Shown here piece by piece: positions 1 to 8,012 of a stretch of DNA of 22,226 nt. The stretch spans positions 72,238-94,463 of the IMG/VR virus record IMGVR_UViG_3300028024_000006; one strand, given 5' to 3'. This DNA comes from a virus. Position 1 is the stretch's first letter. Every line of letters begins with the position of its first letter. The notes under the pieces were generated by a model, which ran no database searches, was not told the origin of the DNA, and saw nothing but the letters and a program-made list of their open reading frames with translations. Made by a program: the position numbers and the translations under genes.

Positions 1-390
1 GCCCTGTTCATGGATGCGCCCGCCGAAATCGCGTTTGAAGACCTGATCGAGAAGTTCAAGGAGCACACCAAAAACAGTGCGTTCAGCGAACTGGATTACC
101 GCATGACGCTACACCTTGAATACTCGCAGTACGGCTCGTGGTACGTGGCGATGGACAAGGAAGATGGCAAGGAAAAGTACCGCTGCGCGCTGCGCTTCCA
201 TGTCAACAAGGAAGGCGAAATGTTCGCCCTGACGATTGACGACTCGGACATGAAGAAAGACCTGTTCATTGGCCCATTTAACGAGTTTGAACGCCTGCTG
301 TTCCGCATGTACGTGCAGGGCACGAAGGTGCGCATCGAGCCGCACTCCGAGCCGCACGACTTCTCGCTTCAATACACCCACGACGACTGA
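1..390 (+). CDS. Hypothetical phage protein, probably 5'-partial
   Basis: Frame is open from base 1 (gcc ctg ttc atg...) with coding-like codon usage; no recognisable motif. Confidence 0.65.
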   Translation, partial: ALFMDAPAEIAFEDLIEKFKEHTKNSAFSELDYRMTLHLEYSQYGSWYVAMDKEDGKEKYRCALRFHVNKEGEMFALTIDDSDMKKDLFIGPFNEFERLLFRMYVQGTKVRIEPHSEPHDFSLQYTHDD

Positions 391-400
391 CGCCCCCCAA

Positions 401-455
401 AAAACTGTATAGGTCAAAACAGTTGTATTTCGACCTATACAGGTAACTACAGGTG
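401..455. promoter_or_regulatory. Operator-like site upstream of the rdgC operon: 11-bp perfect inverted repeat within phased pentamers
   Basis: CTGTATAGGTC (405-415) and GACCTATACAG (432-442) are exact reverse complements. The site shares ACCTATAC and AAAACAGTT words with 3050-3600. Confidence 0.6.
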
Positions 456-490
456 CGGTCGGTTGCCGCCCTACCCCCAAGGAATTGACC

Positions 491-1642
491 ATGTGGTTTC
501 GCAATCTCACGCTGTTCATGATCCCCGGCTTTCCGCTTTCCGGCGATGACCTTGCCGCCGCGCTCGCGAAGACGCCGTTTCAGCCTTGCCAGAGCTATAA
601 CGACCGGTCGAGCGGCTGGACCCCGGCGCGCAATGACGCCTACGTGTACACCGTGGACGGCGAGCACATGATCGCCCTGCGCATGTCGCGCAAGGTGTTG
701 CCGGGCGCGGTCGTGAAAGAGGAAGTCGCCCGCCAGTGCGTCGCGTTCGAGAAAGAGCGCGGCCACAAGCCGGGCAAAAAGATGCGCAAGGAAATCAAGG
801 AACAGGCGTACGACGACCTGTTGCCGAAGGCGTTCGAGGTCTCGCGCGACGTGCGCGCATGGATTAGCCCCAAGCGCGGCATTCTCGCGATTGACACGTC
901 AGCGAAGACGGTTGCTGATGCCGTCATCCGGTCTTTCATCCGCGCGACCGAAACACCCTTCACGATCTACCCCGCCCGCTTCGCGCTCGATCCGGCATCC
1001 GCCATGACGGAATGGGTCGCCGACGAGCCGCCCACAGGCTTTACCGTCGATTCCGACAGCACGACGCTTTCCTCGCGCACGGGCGGCACGGCCAACATCA
1101 AGTATTCAGGCGTCTCGCTCGACGCCGACGACGCGCGTAAGCAGATTGAGGGCGGGCGCGTGGTGACGACCCTCGCGCTTACGTGGGATGACAAGGCGTC
1201 GTTCATCCTAACGGGTGCAGGTAACGTGCGCCGCGTCGCGCCTGTTGGCGTCATCAAGGCCGGAAAGGCAGAGGCCAAGGACGATGACGTTTTCGCGGGC
1301 GATTTTCTGCTGATGACGGCAACCCTGGGCGACCTGCTGGCGGAGCTTTCCGAATCCATGAACGGCTTCGCCAAAGTTCCAGACCTGTTTTCTGCGATGC
1401 AGGCAGAGGCCGAAGAGCGGGACGACGACGAGCGTGCAGCGGAAGATGACGCCGATCCGCTCGTCGGCGAAGCGCAGCGCATCGTGATCGAGCATGGCCG
1501 GGCGTCGATTTCACTGGTACAGCGTCACCTGCGCATTGGCTATAACCGCGCGGCCCGCCTGCTTGAATCGCTCGAAGCGCGCGGCGTGGTCAGTGCAATG
1601 GATAACCGGGGTAATCGCACCCTCACCGGAGCACACGAATGA
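491..1642 (+). CDS. rdgC: Recombination-associated protein RdgC fused to a C-terminal FtsK-gamma (winged-helix) domain
   Basis: N-terminus MWFRNL...SGW...[10 protein letters not shown]...LLPKAF...[11 protein letters not shown]...DFLLM is typical of RdgC. C-terminus [47 protein letters not shown] is the FtsK-gamma signature. ATG 491 follows AAGGA. Confidence 0.9.
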   Translation: MWFRNLTLFMIPGFPLSGDDLAAALAKTPFQPCQSYNDRSSGWTPARNDAYVYTVDGEHMIALRMSRKVLPGAVVKEEVARQCVAFEKERGHKPGKKMRKEIKEQAYDDLLPKAFEVSRDVRAWISPKRGILAIDTSAKTVADAVIRSFIRATETPFTIYPARFALDPASAMTEWVADEPPTGFTVDSDSTTLSSRTGGTANIKYSGVSLDADDARKQIEGGRVVTTLALTWDDKASFILTGAGNVRRVAPVGVIKAGKAEAKDDDVFAGDFLLMTATLGDLLAELSESMNGFAKVPDLFSAMQAEAEERDDDERAAEDDADPLVGEAQRIVIEHGRASISLVQRHLRIGYNRAARLLESLEARGVVSAMDNRGNRTLTGAHE

Positions 1643-2523
1643 AAATCCGCGACGTAGACCTTGGCTCGCTGAAAAAGGCGAAAGAATCGGGCCGCGACGA
1701 TATCAGCCTGACGAAAGTCGTCATCTATGGCGCAGACCCGGCAGACCTTGAAATTGAGGAAGGCTGGAACGAACGCGACATGACGCCGCGCGTGCGCGCG
1801 CATATCGACAGCATCAAAGAGACGATCCGCAACGGCGGGCATATTCCGGCCCTGAAAGTACGCGTGGTCGGCACGCATGTGTACGTGCGCGACGGTCACT
1901 GTCGCCTGACTGCAATTCGCGAACTGATCGCCGAGGGCATCGAGTATCGCCGCGTCATGGTCGAAGAGGTAAAGGGCAACGACGCCGACGACATTGCACT
2001 CATGCGCACGAGTTCTCGCGGACTCACCCAAACGCGGCTAGAGAAGGGCCGCGCGGACAAGCGGCTCGTCAACATGGGATGGACCGTCAAGGAAATCGCC
2101 AAACGCGTTGGTGAGTCCGTGACCTACGTCGAGCAGAACCAAATGCTCGCGAACGCCAACACTGACGTCCACCGGTTGCTCGTATCCGATTCGATATCAG
2201 CCAAGGTCGCGCTCGACGCGATCCGCAATCATGGCGAGAAGGCTGGCGCGGTACTGACGGCGAAGTTGGACGCGGCAAAGGCAGGCGGCAAGGCGAAACT
2301 CACCGGATCGACGGTCGTCCGCGCCCTGCCCCCGAAGGTCGTCAAGCGCATGACGACTTCGCTCGACACGTTCGTGACAACCATCCCGAAGGCTGTTCGC
2401 GAGGCAGTCGCCGACGCGCCGGACGACATGACGGTCAAGATCACGGCAGGCGCATTGCGCGCCTTGCTCGCCGCGCATGCTGAAATTTCCCCTTCAGAGG
2501 TCGCTCTTGACGACGCCGCCTGA
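1639..2523 (+). CDS. ParB/Srx-like N-terminal domain protein with HTH
   Basis: GWNERD...[10 protein letters not shown] matches ParB box II; HTH-like [20 protein letters not shown]; ATGA overlap with rdgC. Confidence 0.75.
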   Translation: MKIRDVDLGSLKKAKESGRDDISLTKVVIYGADPADLEIEEGWNERDMTPRVRAHIDSIKETIRNGGHIPALKVRVVGTHVYVRDGHCRLTAIRELIAEGIEYRRVMVEEVKGNDADDIALMRTSSRGLTQTRLEKGRADKRLVNMGWTVKEIAKRVGESVTYVEQNQMLANANTDVHRLLVSDSISAKVALDAIRNHGEKAGAVLTAKLDAAKAGGKAKLTGSTVVRALPPKVVKRMTTSLDTFVTTIPKAVREAVADAPDDMTVKITAGALRALLAAHAEISPSEVALDDAA

Positions 2524-2743
2524 CCGCTGGGGATGCTTTAACCGGCCCGCCGAAGTCGGGCCGTATCTTGCTCAGAACGGCTATTTCGACTCGTGCGCGA
2601 ATGGCTTCGGCGAGATATGTCGTGCGCCGAAATACGTCGAGGTCAAGCACGTTTTGAGCACTGACTGCCGATATGACCGACGCACTACCGATCCGAAATG
2701 CGCCGGTTGTCGTCAAATCAAAAGCGAAGGGGATTCGAATTGA
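2507..2743 (+). CDS. Small Cys-rich hypothetical phage protein
   Basis: TTG start after GAGG, overlapping the upstream gene; WGCFNR...DCRYD...DPKCAGC pattern suggests metal binding. Confidence 0.55.
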   Translation: MTTPPDRWGCFNRPAEVGPYLAQNGYFDSCANGFGEICRAPKYVEVKHVLSTDCRYDRRTTDPKCAGCRQIKSEGDSN

Positions 2744-2955
2744 AGCGTGTATTTTCGGCTATCGCCGATTTCATCCTAGTCGGTGCGCTTGCTCTCGCGT
2801 ACCTCGCCCTACCCTCTTTAGCGCAGGATACCGAGCCGATGACTGTCAAATCGCCTTGCGGCGAGCGCGGTGACGAGGCGACTTCTGGCAGGGAAGCGCG
2901 TGTGATTCGAGGTTGTGATCCACACACCGACTCCCGGAAAAGCCTTGCTGTATAA
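2740..2955 (+). CDS. Small protein with signal peptide or TM segment
   Basis: TTGA overlap with the previous stop; GAAGGGGA SD; hydrophobic FILVGALALAYLALPSLA. Confidence 0.45.
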   Translation: MKRVFSAIADFILVGALALAYLALPSLAQDTEPMTVKSPCGERGDEATSGREARVIRGCDPHTDSRKSLAV

Positions 2956-2965
2956 GGCTTCGCGG
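2941..2965 (+). promoter_or_regulatory. Motif AGCC-N7-ATAAGGC-N3-GCGG, copy 1 (also an AAGCCTT/AAGGCTT dyad)
   Basis: Same 15 fixed bases and same spacing as at 5345-5369 and 22120-22144(-). Confidence 0.55.
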
Positions 2966-3049
2966 TACTGAACCGGAAAGCAAAACAAAACTAAACTGTT
3001 GTGTACACTTTCGCCGCGCGACCCGGTTCCGCGCGCGCCTCCCCGATTT

Positions 3050-3601
3050 CCAACCTGTTTTCTCTCAAACCCTTCTATATTCCTGCCTTTTTACCTGAAT
3101 CCTTCTGTTCTTGTGTGTTTTCCCGACTTTTGTTCGATTTTTACCTGTTTAAGTGGCTTTGATTGTATTTATAAGTGACCTGAATACACAAAACCGAACC
3201 AATATAGGTTTGAATACACTAAAACAGTTAAAAACTGGTCTGCACTAGTTCGAATTAACCTAAACAAACCTAAACTAAATAGTTTCGACTTATACACACC
3301 TATATAGTTTTCTCGCCTGTACAGTACAGCCCCCTACCGGACACCTGATCTGTACGCCCCTATAGTTCCATGTATCGTTTGCAACTTACCTATACATACC
3401 TATACTGTTTTATAGCCTATCGAATACTTTGGTTTAGGTCTGACTCGTATTGACCACACTTGAACAGTTTTCCGAACACCTGTTTTATTCAGGTCAGACA
3501 TGGTGTTACCCGTTGCAATCACTACTATTCACTTATCAGTAATCTGATACACTTCGCACCAAAACACACCTATAAAGGTTCGGTGCGATGCCTACATACC
3601 T
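3050..3601. repeat. Degenerate 5-bp-phased repeat lattice, candidate centromere and par promoter-operator region
   Basis: All 13 ACCT words start at positions congruent to 3 mod 5 and all 4 AGGT words at 1 mod 5. The region is AT-rich, non-coding and directly upstream of parA. Confidence 0.75.
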
Positions 3602-4259
3602 GTTTGCCCACACCAAGGGCGGCGTCACCAAAACGACGACCGCGATCAACATGGCCGCGATGCGCGCGGCGGAAGGTCGGCGCGTGCTTCTCGTGGATTC
3701 TGACTCAGGCCAGTCGTCTACGTCGTTTATCAATGTGCGCAAGCTCGCCGGGCTTCCGGACATTCCGCATGTCTCGCTTGTGTCGTATTTGCAGGACGAC
3801 GGCTCGTGGTACGCGATTGATGACGACCTGCGCAAGCTCGCCACCCGCTTTGACGACGTACTGATCGACGCGGGCGGGGAAGGGCACGGCTCGCCTGAAA
3901 TCCGCATGGCCCTGATGGTCGCCGACAAGGTAATCACGCCCTGCGGCACGTCCAAGCCCGACACCGCGCGCCTCGCCCCGATGAACAACATGATCCGCGA
4001 GGCCAAGGTCATGAACCCTAAGCTCAAGGCCATGCTGTTCGCCACCCGCGCGAGCACGAACGCGAAATCGAATGACGTGATCGAGTTTTACAAGGACGTC
4101 ACCCGGTTTGGCCAGTACCAGGTGGCCGAGGCCGTCGTCCGTGCGCGTGACTGCTACACGAAGTGGCTCGCGACCGGCGAAGCCGTGTTCGAGCAGAAAA
4201 AACTTGTTAAGCCCGCCATGAAAGAGATGGCCGAACTATACCGGGAGGTATTCGCATGA
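3588..4259 (+). CDS. parA: ParA/ParF-family Walker ATPase (type Ib, no N-terminal HTH)
   Basis: Deviant Walker A KGGVTKTT at the N-terminus, VLLVDSD, Walker [16 protein letters not shown]; 223 aa. Confidence 0.9.
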   Translation: MPTYLFAHTKGGVTKTTTAINMAAMRAAEGRRVLLVDSDSGQSSTSFINVRKLAGLPDIPHVSLVSYLQDDGSWYAIDDDLRKLATRFDDVLIDAGGEGHGSPEIRMALMVADKVITPCGTSKPDTARLAPMNNMIREAKVMNPKLKAMLFATRASTNAKSNDVIEFYKDVTRFGQYQVAEAVVRARDCYTKWLATGEAVFEQKKLVKPAMKEMAELYREVFA

Positions 4260-4819
4260 CCGAGAAGTCCGCCGCCGAACTGAAGCGCGAACGGGAAATG
4301 GCCGCGCGCAAGGCGCTTTTCGTGCAGGGTGACGCCCGCCCGGAAAACACCGACCTGAGCACGATCCTTGGGCCGCCGCAGCCGCCTGCGCCCGTGGCCG
4401 CACCCGACGAGCCATCCGCACCAGCGGAAGCCGTCAGCGAGCCCGAAGGTGAAGCGGGGGCCGCGCCCGTAGCAGAAAGCCCCAGCGAGCCGCAGGAGCC
4501 GCCCGCCGCCGCACCGGACGTCCCGCAGGTCGTCCAGACTGCCGTGAGCCCGCCAGCGGCCCGGAAAACGGCCCCGAAACCGGCAGGGAAGGCCGCGCCT
4601 AAGCCCGCCAAAGCGCCCAAGGCGGACGACGAGCCCGATCCATGGGCCGATGGCGACGACAAGGACAAGGGCTTTACGACCAAGTTTGACGCTGTGTTGC
4701 ACCGGAAAATGCTTTGGATCGCCGATAACGTCCCCCGGCAGAAGTCGATTCAGCGGATCGTGCATAACGCCGTGGTCGATTACGTCGAAAAACTACTTGC
4801 GGAGCACTACGAGCCATGA
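4256..4819 (+). CDS. Putative partition adaptor 1: Pro/Ala-rich linker plus C-terminal RHH-like domain
   Basis: ATGA-coupled to parA; C-terminus PW..D...[21 protein letters not shown] shows a strand-helix-helix pattern. Confidence 0.65.
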   Translation: MTEKSAAELKREREMAARKALFVQGDARPENTDLSTILGPPQPPAPVAAPDEPSAPAEAVSEPEGEAGAAPVAESPSEPQEPPAAAPDVPQVVQTAVSPPAARKTAPKPAGKAAPKPAKAPKADDEPDPWADGDDKDKGFTTKFDAVLHRKMLWIADNVPRQKSIQRIVHNAVVDYVEKLLAEHYEP

Positions 4820-5169
4820 ACGTACGCTACGAACTGAAGGCAGGCGTCCAGTTACGCCCCGAAGACGTGACCATCATTACGGACGATCCGCAGCCGGGCC
4901 GCACGGCCCTGACCGTCATGCACCCGCCCAAGGGGCGTAGCACCGTCGCCGCGCAGGGCAAACTCGATCTGAAGCCGCCCGCACGCGCCCCGTGGGAAGA
5001 CGCAAACCCGCGCATCAAGACGTCGATCCGCTTCGAGATGAGCGAAGAGCTTCACCTGAAGCTCACCTGGATCAAGGATCATGTCCCGCAGAGCGCGATT
5101 ACCGCCGTGATCCGTCGCGCGACTGAGGCCGAAGCCGACCGCCTGATCGCCGAATACTTCAAGCCATAG
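4816..5169 (+). CDS. Putative partition adaptor 2: RHH-like paralog of 4256-4819
   Basis: ATGA-coupled; PWED...SIRFEMSEELHLKLTWIKDHVP aligns with the upstream protein's C-terminus. Confidence 0.65.
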   Translation: MNVRYELKAGVQLRPEDVTIITDDPQPGRTALTVMHPPKGRSTVAAQGKLDLKPPARAPWEDANPRIKTSIRFEMSEELHLKLTWIKDHVPQSAITAVIRRATEAEADRLIAEYFKP

Positions 5170-5226
5170 CAAAAGGCAGACCAATATTTTGCGCGCTTGA
5201 CATAATTAAACTGATTCCGCAACGAG

Positions 5227-5258
5227 AACCCGGCCACCGCGCCGGGTTTGTTGTTTTT
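5227..5258 (+). terminator. Rho-independent terminator of the par operon
   Basis: Stem AACCCGGC/GCCGGGTT (5227-5248) followed by TGTTGTTTTT. Confidence 0.8.
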
Positions 5259-5344
5259 GGGGGAAATCTCGCTAAAAACATCATCAGGCTTTTGATGTGA
5301 TCTTTAGAAAATCACAAACCTTTAAAAGCGTTTACGTGGTGCAG

Positions 5345-5369
5345 AGCCGCCCCACATAAGGCCGAGCGG
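5345..5369 (+). promoter_or_regulatory. Motif AGCC-N7-ATAAGGC-N3-GCGG, copy 2, abutting the first iteron
   Basis: agcc gccccac ataaggc cga gcgg. Confidence 0.55.
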
Positions 5370-5375
5370 GGTGAT

Positions 5376-5602
5376 AGGTCAGTCTTTTTGGGTCGTCAGG
5401 TCAGGGTATTTGGGAGACATAGGTCAGGGTATTTGGGATAGGTCAGGGTATTTGGGAGAGCACCCTGTTTTGGGGTCAAACACCATGTAACTCGTTGATT
5501 TTAAATGGTATTGGTGCGCCTATAAGCGTGCTTTTGGCCCGCCAAGGTCAGGCAATTTGGGGGGATAGGTCAGGGAATTTGGGATAGGTCAGGGTTTTTG
5601 GT
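5376..5602 (+). repeat. Replication origin iterons, consensus AGGTCAGGGTATTTGGG
   Basis: Copies start at 5376, 5398, 5421, 5440 and at 5545, 5567, 5586 (19-23-bp spacing), with degenerate copies near 5611 and 5627, directly upstream of rep. Confidence 0.9.
5488..5500 (-). promoter_or_regulatory. IHF binding site between the two iteron clusters
   Basis: TAACTCGTTGATT is an exact match to the reverse complement of WATCAANNNNTTR. Confidence 0.65.
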
Positions 5603-5624
5603 TTGAGAATCGGTCAGGTTATCC

Positions 5625-5659
5625 ATAGGTCAAGATTCTTCTTGCTGAATACGACCTAT
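5625..5659. promoter_or_regulatory. Inverted half-iteron repeat, likely Rep autorepression operator
   Basis: ATAGGTC (5625-5631) / GACCTAT (5653-5659) just upstream of the rep SD, as for dimeric RepE/RepA operators. A DnaA-box-like TTATCCATA lies at 5619-5627. Confidence 0.5.
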
Positions 5660-5693
5660 AGACCTAGCATTGCGGGTTAGGAGAACGAGCCCC

Positions 5694-6965
5694 ATGTCCA
5701 CAGAACTGACCGAGTACAAAAAGCCAACGTCGCCGGACGTGCGCAAGCATATTGCTGCCGTCCATATCGGCGGCGACCTGACGACGACCGAGCGGAAATT
5801 GCTGAACGTGTTGCTATGGAATGCATTCGACACTATCGGCGAAGACAAGCACCACCGCCTGCCGGTGCATGTGCTGTGCGCAATGATCGGTTGGAACAGC
5901 AACAATCTGACGCCACTCAAGGAAGCACTGACACGGCTCGCGACGACGAAGATCATATTCGACGTGCTGTTCGACAGCGAGAAAGAAGAGGCGGTAGCGA
6001 AGAGGAAAGGGCGCAAGGCGCGCAAACGGTGGGGCGTCACCGCGATGCTTGCGGGCGGCAGCATCGCGGACGGATGGTGTTTCTACGACTACAGCAAGAC
6101 CCTGCGCGACGAGCTCGCGAATCCCGAGGTCTACGCCATCATCAACATCGGCACGCAGAAACAGTTCTCAGGAACGTACTCGCTCGCGCTGTACGAGAAT
6201 TGCGTCCGCTTCCGTGGCGTTGGATCAACCGGGGAAATTTCAGTAGACCTGTGGCGGCAGTTGCTTGGCGTCGGCGTGGACCGGCTTGGCAAGCCCGTGA
6301 AGAGCGCGTACGACGAGTTCAAGCATTTCAACAATCAGGTCATCAAACCCGCCATCAAAGAGATAAACCTGATTTCCGATATCTATGTCACGGCGGAATA
6401 CACCAAGCAGGGGCGCAACGTTGTAGCCATCAAATTTTCCGTCGAGCCGAATCCACAGAAGCACATAGACGAGCAGCCGCGTGACGATGACGCCGTGCGC
6501 AAGTCAGAAGCGTACCGGCTTTTACGCGCGCTTGAAGTCAGCGACAAACTGGCCGTCGAGTGGATTTCGAGCGAACCCGAATTCGCACTTCACGTCGCGA
6601 AGACGACCACAGAGAAAGTCGCACGCAATGAAATCAGGAACCCGGCAGGCTACGTGCATACGCTCATTAAAAACAAGCCGGATGATTTCGTACTGGTAGA
6701 CCAGGCGGATGACGCACAAGACGAAGAGCAGGACGCGGAGAAAGCCGCCGAGCGCGAGGCGGAAGAGCGTGCGAGGCGGACGCAGCAGGCGGTCGCCGAT
6801 CTGCTACCCGAAGAGCGCGCCGAACTGGCCGCACGCTTTATCTCAGAGAATGGCCTGACGTGTGTGTATGACGCTGCAAAAGATAAGGTCGGCACGCTCG
6901 TGCAGACGCGGAAGTACCGCGACTTCACGCGCGAGCGTGCCGCGCAGGTCATTGCGAATCGGTAG
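5694..6965 (+). CDS. repA: Plasmid replication initiator, Rep_3 (RepB/RepE-like) family
   Basis: LTTTERKLLNVLL...YSLALYE...YDEFKHFNNQVIKPAIKEIN...KQGRNVVAIKF are Rep_3 motifs; AGGAGA SD before ATG 5694; adjacent iterons. Confidence 0.9.
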   Translation: MSTELTEYKKPTSPDVRKHIAAVHIGGDLTTTERKLLNVLLWNAFDTIGEDKHHRLPVHVLCAMIGWNSNNLTPLKEALTRLATTKIIFDVLFDSEKEEAVAKRKGRKARKRWGVTAMLAGGSIADGWCFYDYSKTLRDELANPEVYAIINIGTQKQFSGTYSLALYENCVRFRGVGSTGEISVDLWRQLLGVGVDRLGKPVKSAYDEFKHFNNQVIKPAIKEINLISDIYVTAEYTKQGRNVVAIKFSVEPNPQKHIDEQPRDDDAVRKSEAYRLLRALEVSDKLAVEWISSEPEFALHVAKTTTEKVARNEIRNPAGYVHTLIKNKPDDFVLVDQADDAQDEEQDAEKAAEREAEERARRTQQAVADLLPEERAELAARFISENGLTCVYDAAKDKVGTLVQTRKYRDFTRERAAQVIANR

Positions 6966-6984
6966 GGCGCAGGCCCCACCACAC

Positions 6985-7419
6985 TCACGCAGCGCGCGAT
7001 ACCGGAACCGGCTGCACGGCGGCTTTAGTCGCCGACGAGCTTGCATCCGTCGCCGCCGACGGCCAGTGCGACCAGCCGAATAGCCGCACGCCAGCCCACA
7101 TGATCGCACGACGCCAGCGCGGCACACCGGTCACCGCCGACGCTTCGCGCAACACCGCATCGGCTACGCGACGCGACACGATATGCGACGAGTACAGGTA
7201 GTCGTGAATGGTCGCGGCCACCGCCGACGTGTCGCCAGCCAGTTCGTACACAACCGGAATGCGCGGCACGCTTGCGTAGTTCGTCACGAAGCCAGCTGGA
7301 ACGGTGATCCGCATACCGGCGACGTCAGATACGAATACAAGCGGCTTAAGCAGACGCCAGTTACCATCATCCTGATCGGTAGCTGGCTCGACCTTGAGCC
7401 GGGTCAGGAACCCGCTCAT
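6985..7419 (-). CDS. DUF1353-like phage protein
   Basis: ITVPAGFVTNYASVPR...AATIHDYLY...ADAVLREA...MWAGVRLFG signature. Confidence 0.8.
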   Translation of the reverse strand: MSGFLTRLKVEPATDQDDGNWRLLKPLVFVSDVAGMRITVPAGFVTNYASVPRIPVVYELAGDTSAVAATIHDYLYSSHIVSRRVADAVLREASAVTGVPRWRRAIMWAGVRLFGWSHWPSAATDASSSATKAAVQPVPVSRAA

Positions 7420-7922
7420 TGCGCATTCACTACCGCGAGACTCAACGCGAGTTGCGCGCCGGTAATCGCGAGCTTCGCGGCGGTCTTCTGATCGTCGGGA
7501 AGACTCGAATTCGTCACCAGCGCGACCAGGGAAGGAACCTGCGAATCAGCGAACGTCTTGACCGCCGCAAGATCGAGCGTTGGCAGGGTCGCGGTCCCTG
7601 ACGGCGGCGCAGCAATGGTCGCAGCCACCGTACAGATTTTGCCCGCATCGTCGCTGATTTTCGTCACCAGCTTCACCGCGCCGGGGTCAGTCTGCATCGC
7701 GAGCAGCGATTTAAGGAACGGTTGCCCGACCTGACAGTTCTTGTCGATGGTGACTGCCGCCGCATGCAGTTTTTGCGCGGGCGTGAGGCTCACCGTCGCC
7801 GACGAGGAAGGAGCCGTATCCGTCTTCGCCGATTGCACGGCTGAACCGCAAGCGGCAAGCATCGCCGCACCAATGCCGATTGCAGCCAGCATTACAACGC
7901 GTCCGAGAGTTTTTCTCATCAT
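7416..7922 (-). CDS. Lipoprotein in the lysis cassette (possible spanin-like)
   Basis: Basic N-terminus, hydrophobic core and lipobox LAA-C; moderately hydrophobic C-terminus. Confidence 0.7.
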   Translation of the reverse strand: MMRKTLGRVVMLAAIGIGAAMLAACGSAVQSAKTDTAPSSSATVSLTPAQKLHAAAVTIDKNCQVGQPFLKSLLAMQTDPGAVKLVTKISDDAGKICTVAATIAAPPSGTATLPTLDLAAVKTFADSQVPSLVALVTNSSLPDDQKTAAKLAITGAQLALSLAVVNAQ

Positions 7923-8012
7923 GGTGATTTACCTATCGTGGGTTTGACTGCTGATGTATCAAGGGCAGCGCCTGTGACGGCTTGCCCCTTGAACCTGTTT
8001 CGCGAATGGCGC

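Noticed and set aside
3460-3864. 134-aa ORF overlapping the parA start
   Set aside because: It begins in the AT-rich lattice, overlaps parA out of frame and has no protein-like features.
5197-5258. TTGACATAAT as the promoter of a short RNA before the terminator
   Set aside because: TTGACA has no properly spaced -10, and the extended -10 reading is unsupported.
5376-5602. Direct repeats as a CRISPR array
   Set aside because: Units are 17 bp with only 2-6 bp between them, there are no unique spacers or cas genes, and they sit directly upstream of rep, so they are iterons.
5816-6484. 222-aa alternative-frame ORF inside rep
   Set aside because: Arg-rich off-frame composition typical of GC-rich shadow frames.
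6965-6985. Bidirectional terminator between rep and the lysis cassette
   Set aside because: Only a 4-bp stem and no T tract.
7960-7991. Imperfect hairpin between the HNH-like and lipoprotein genes
   Set aside because: Bulged stem without a T tract; too weak to call a terminator.
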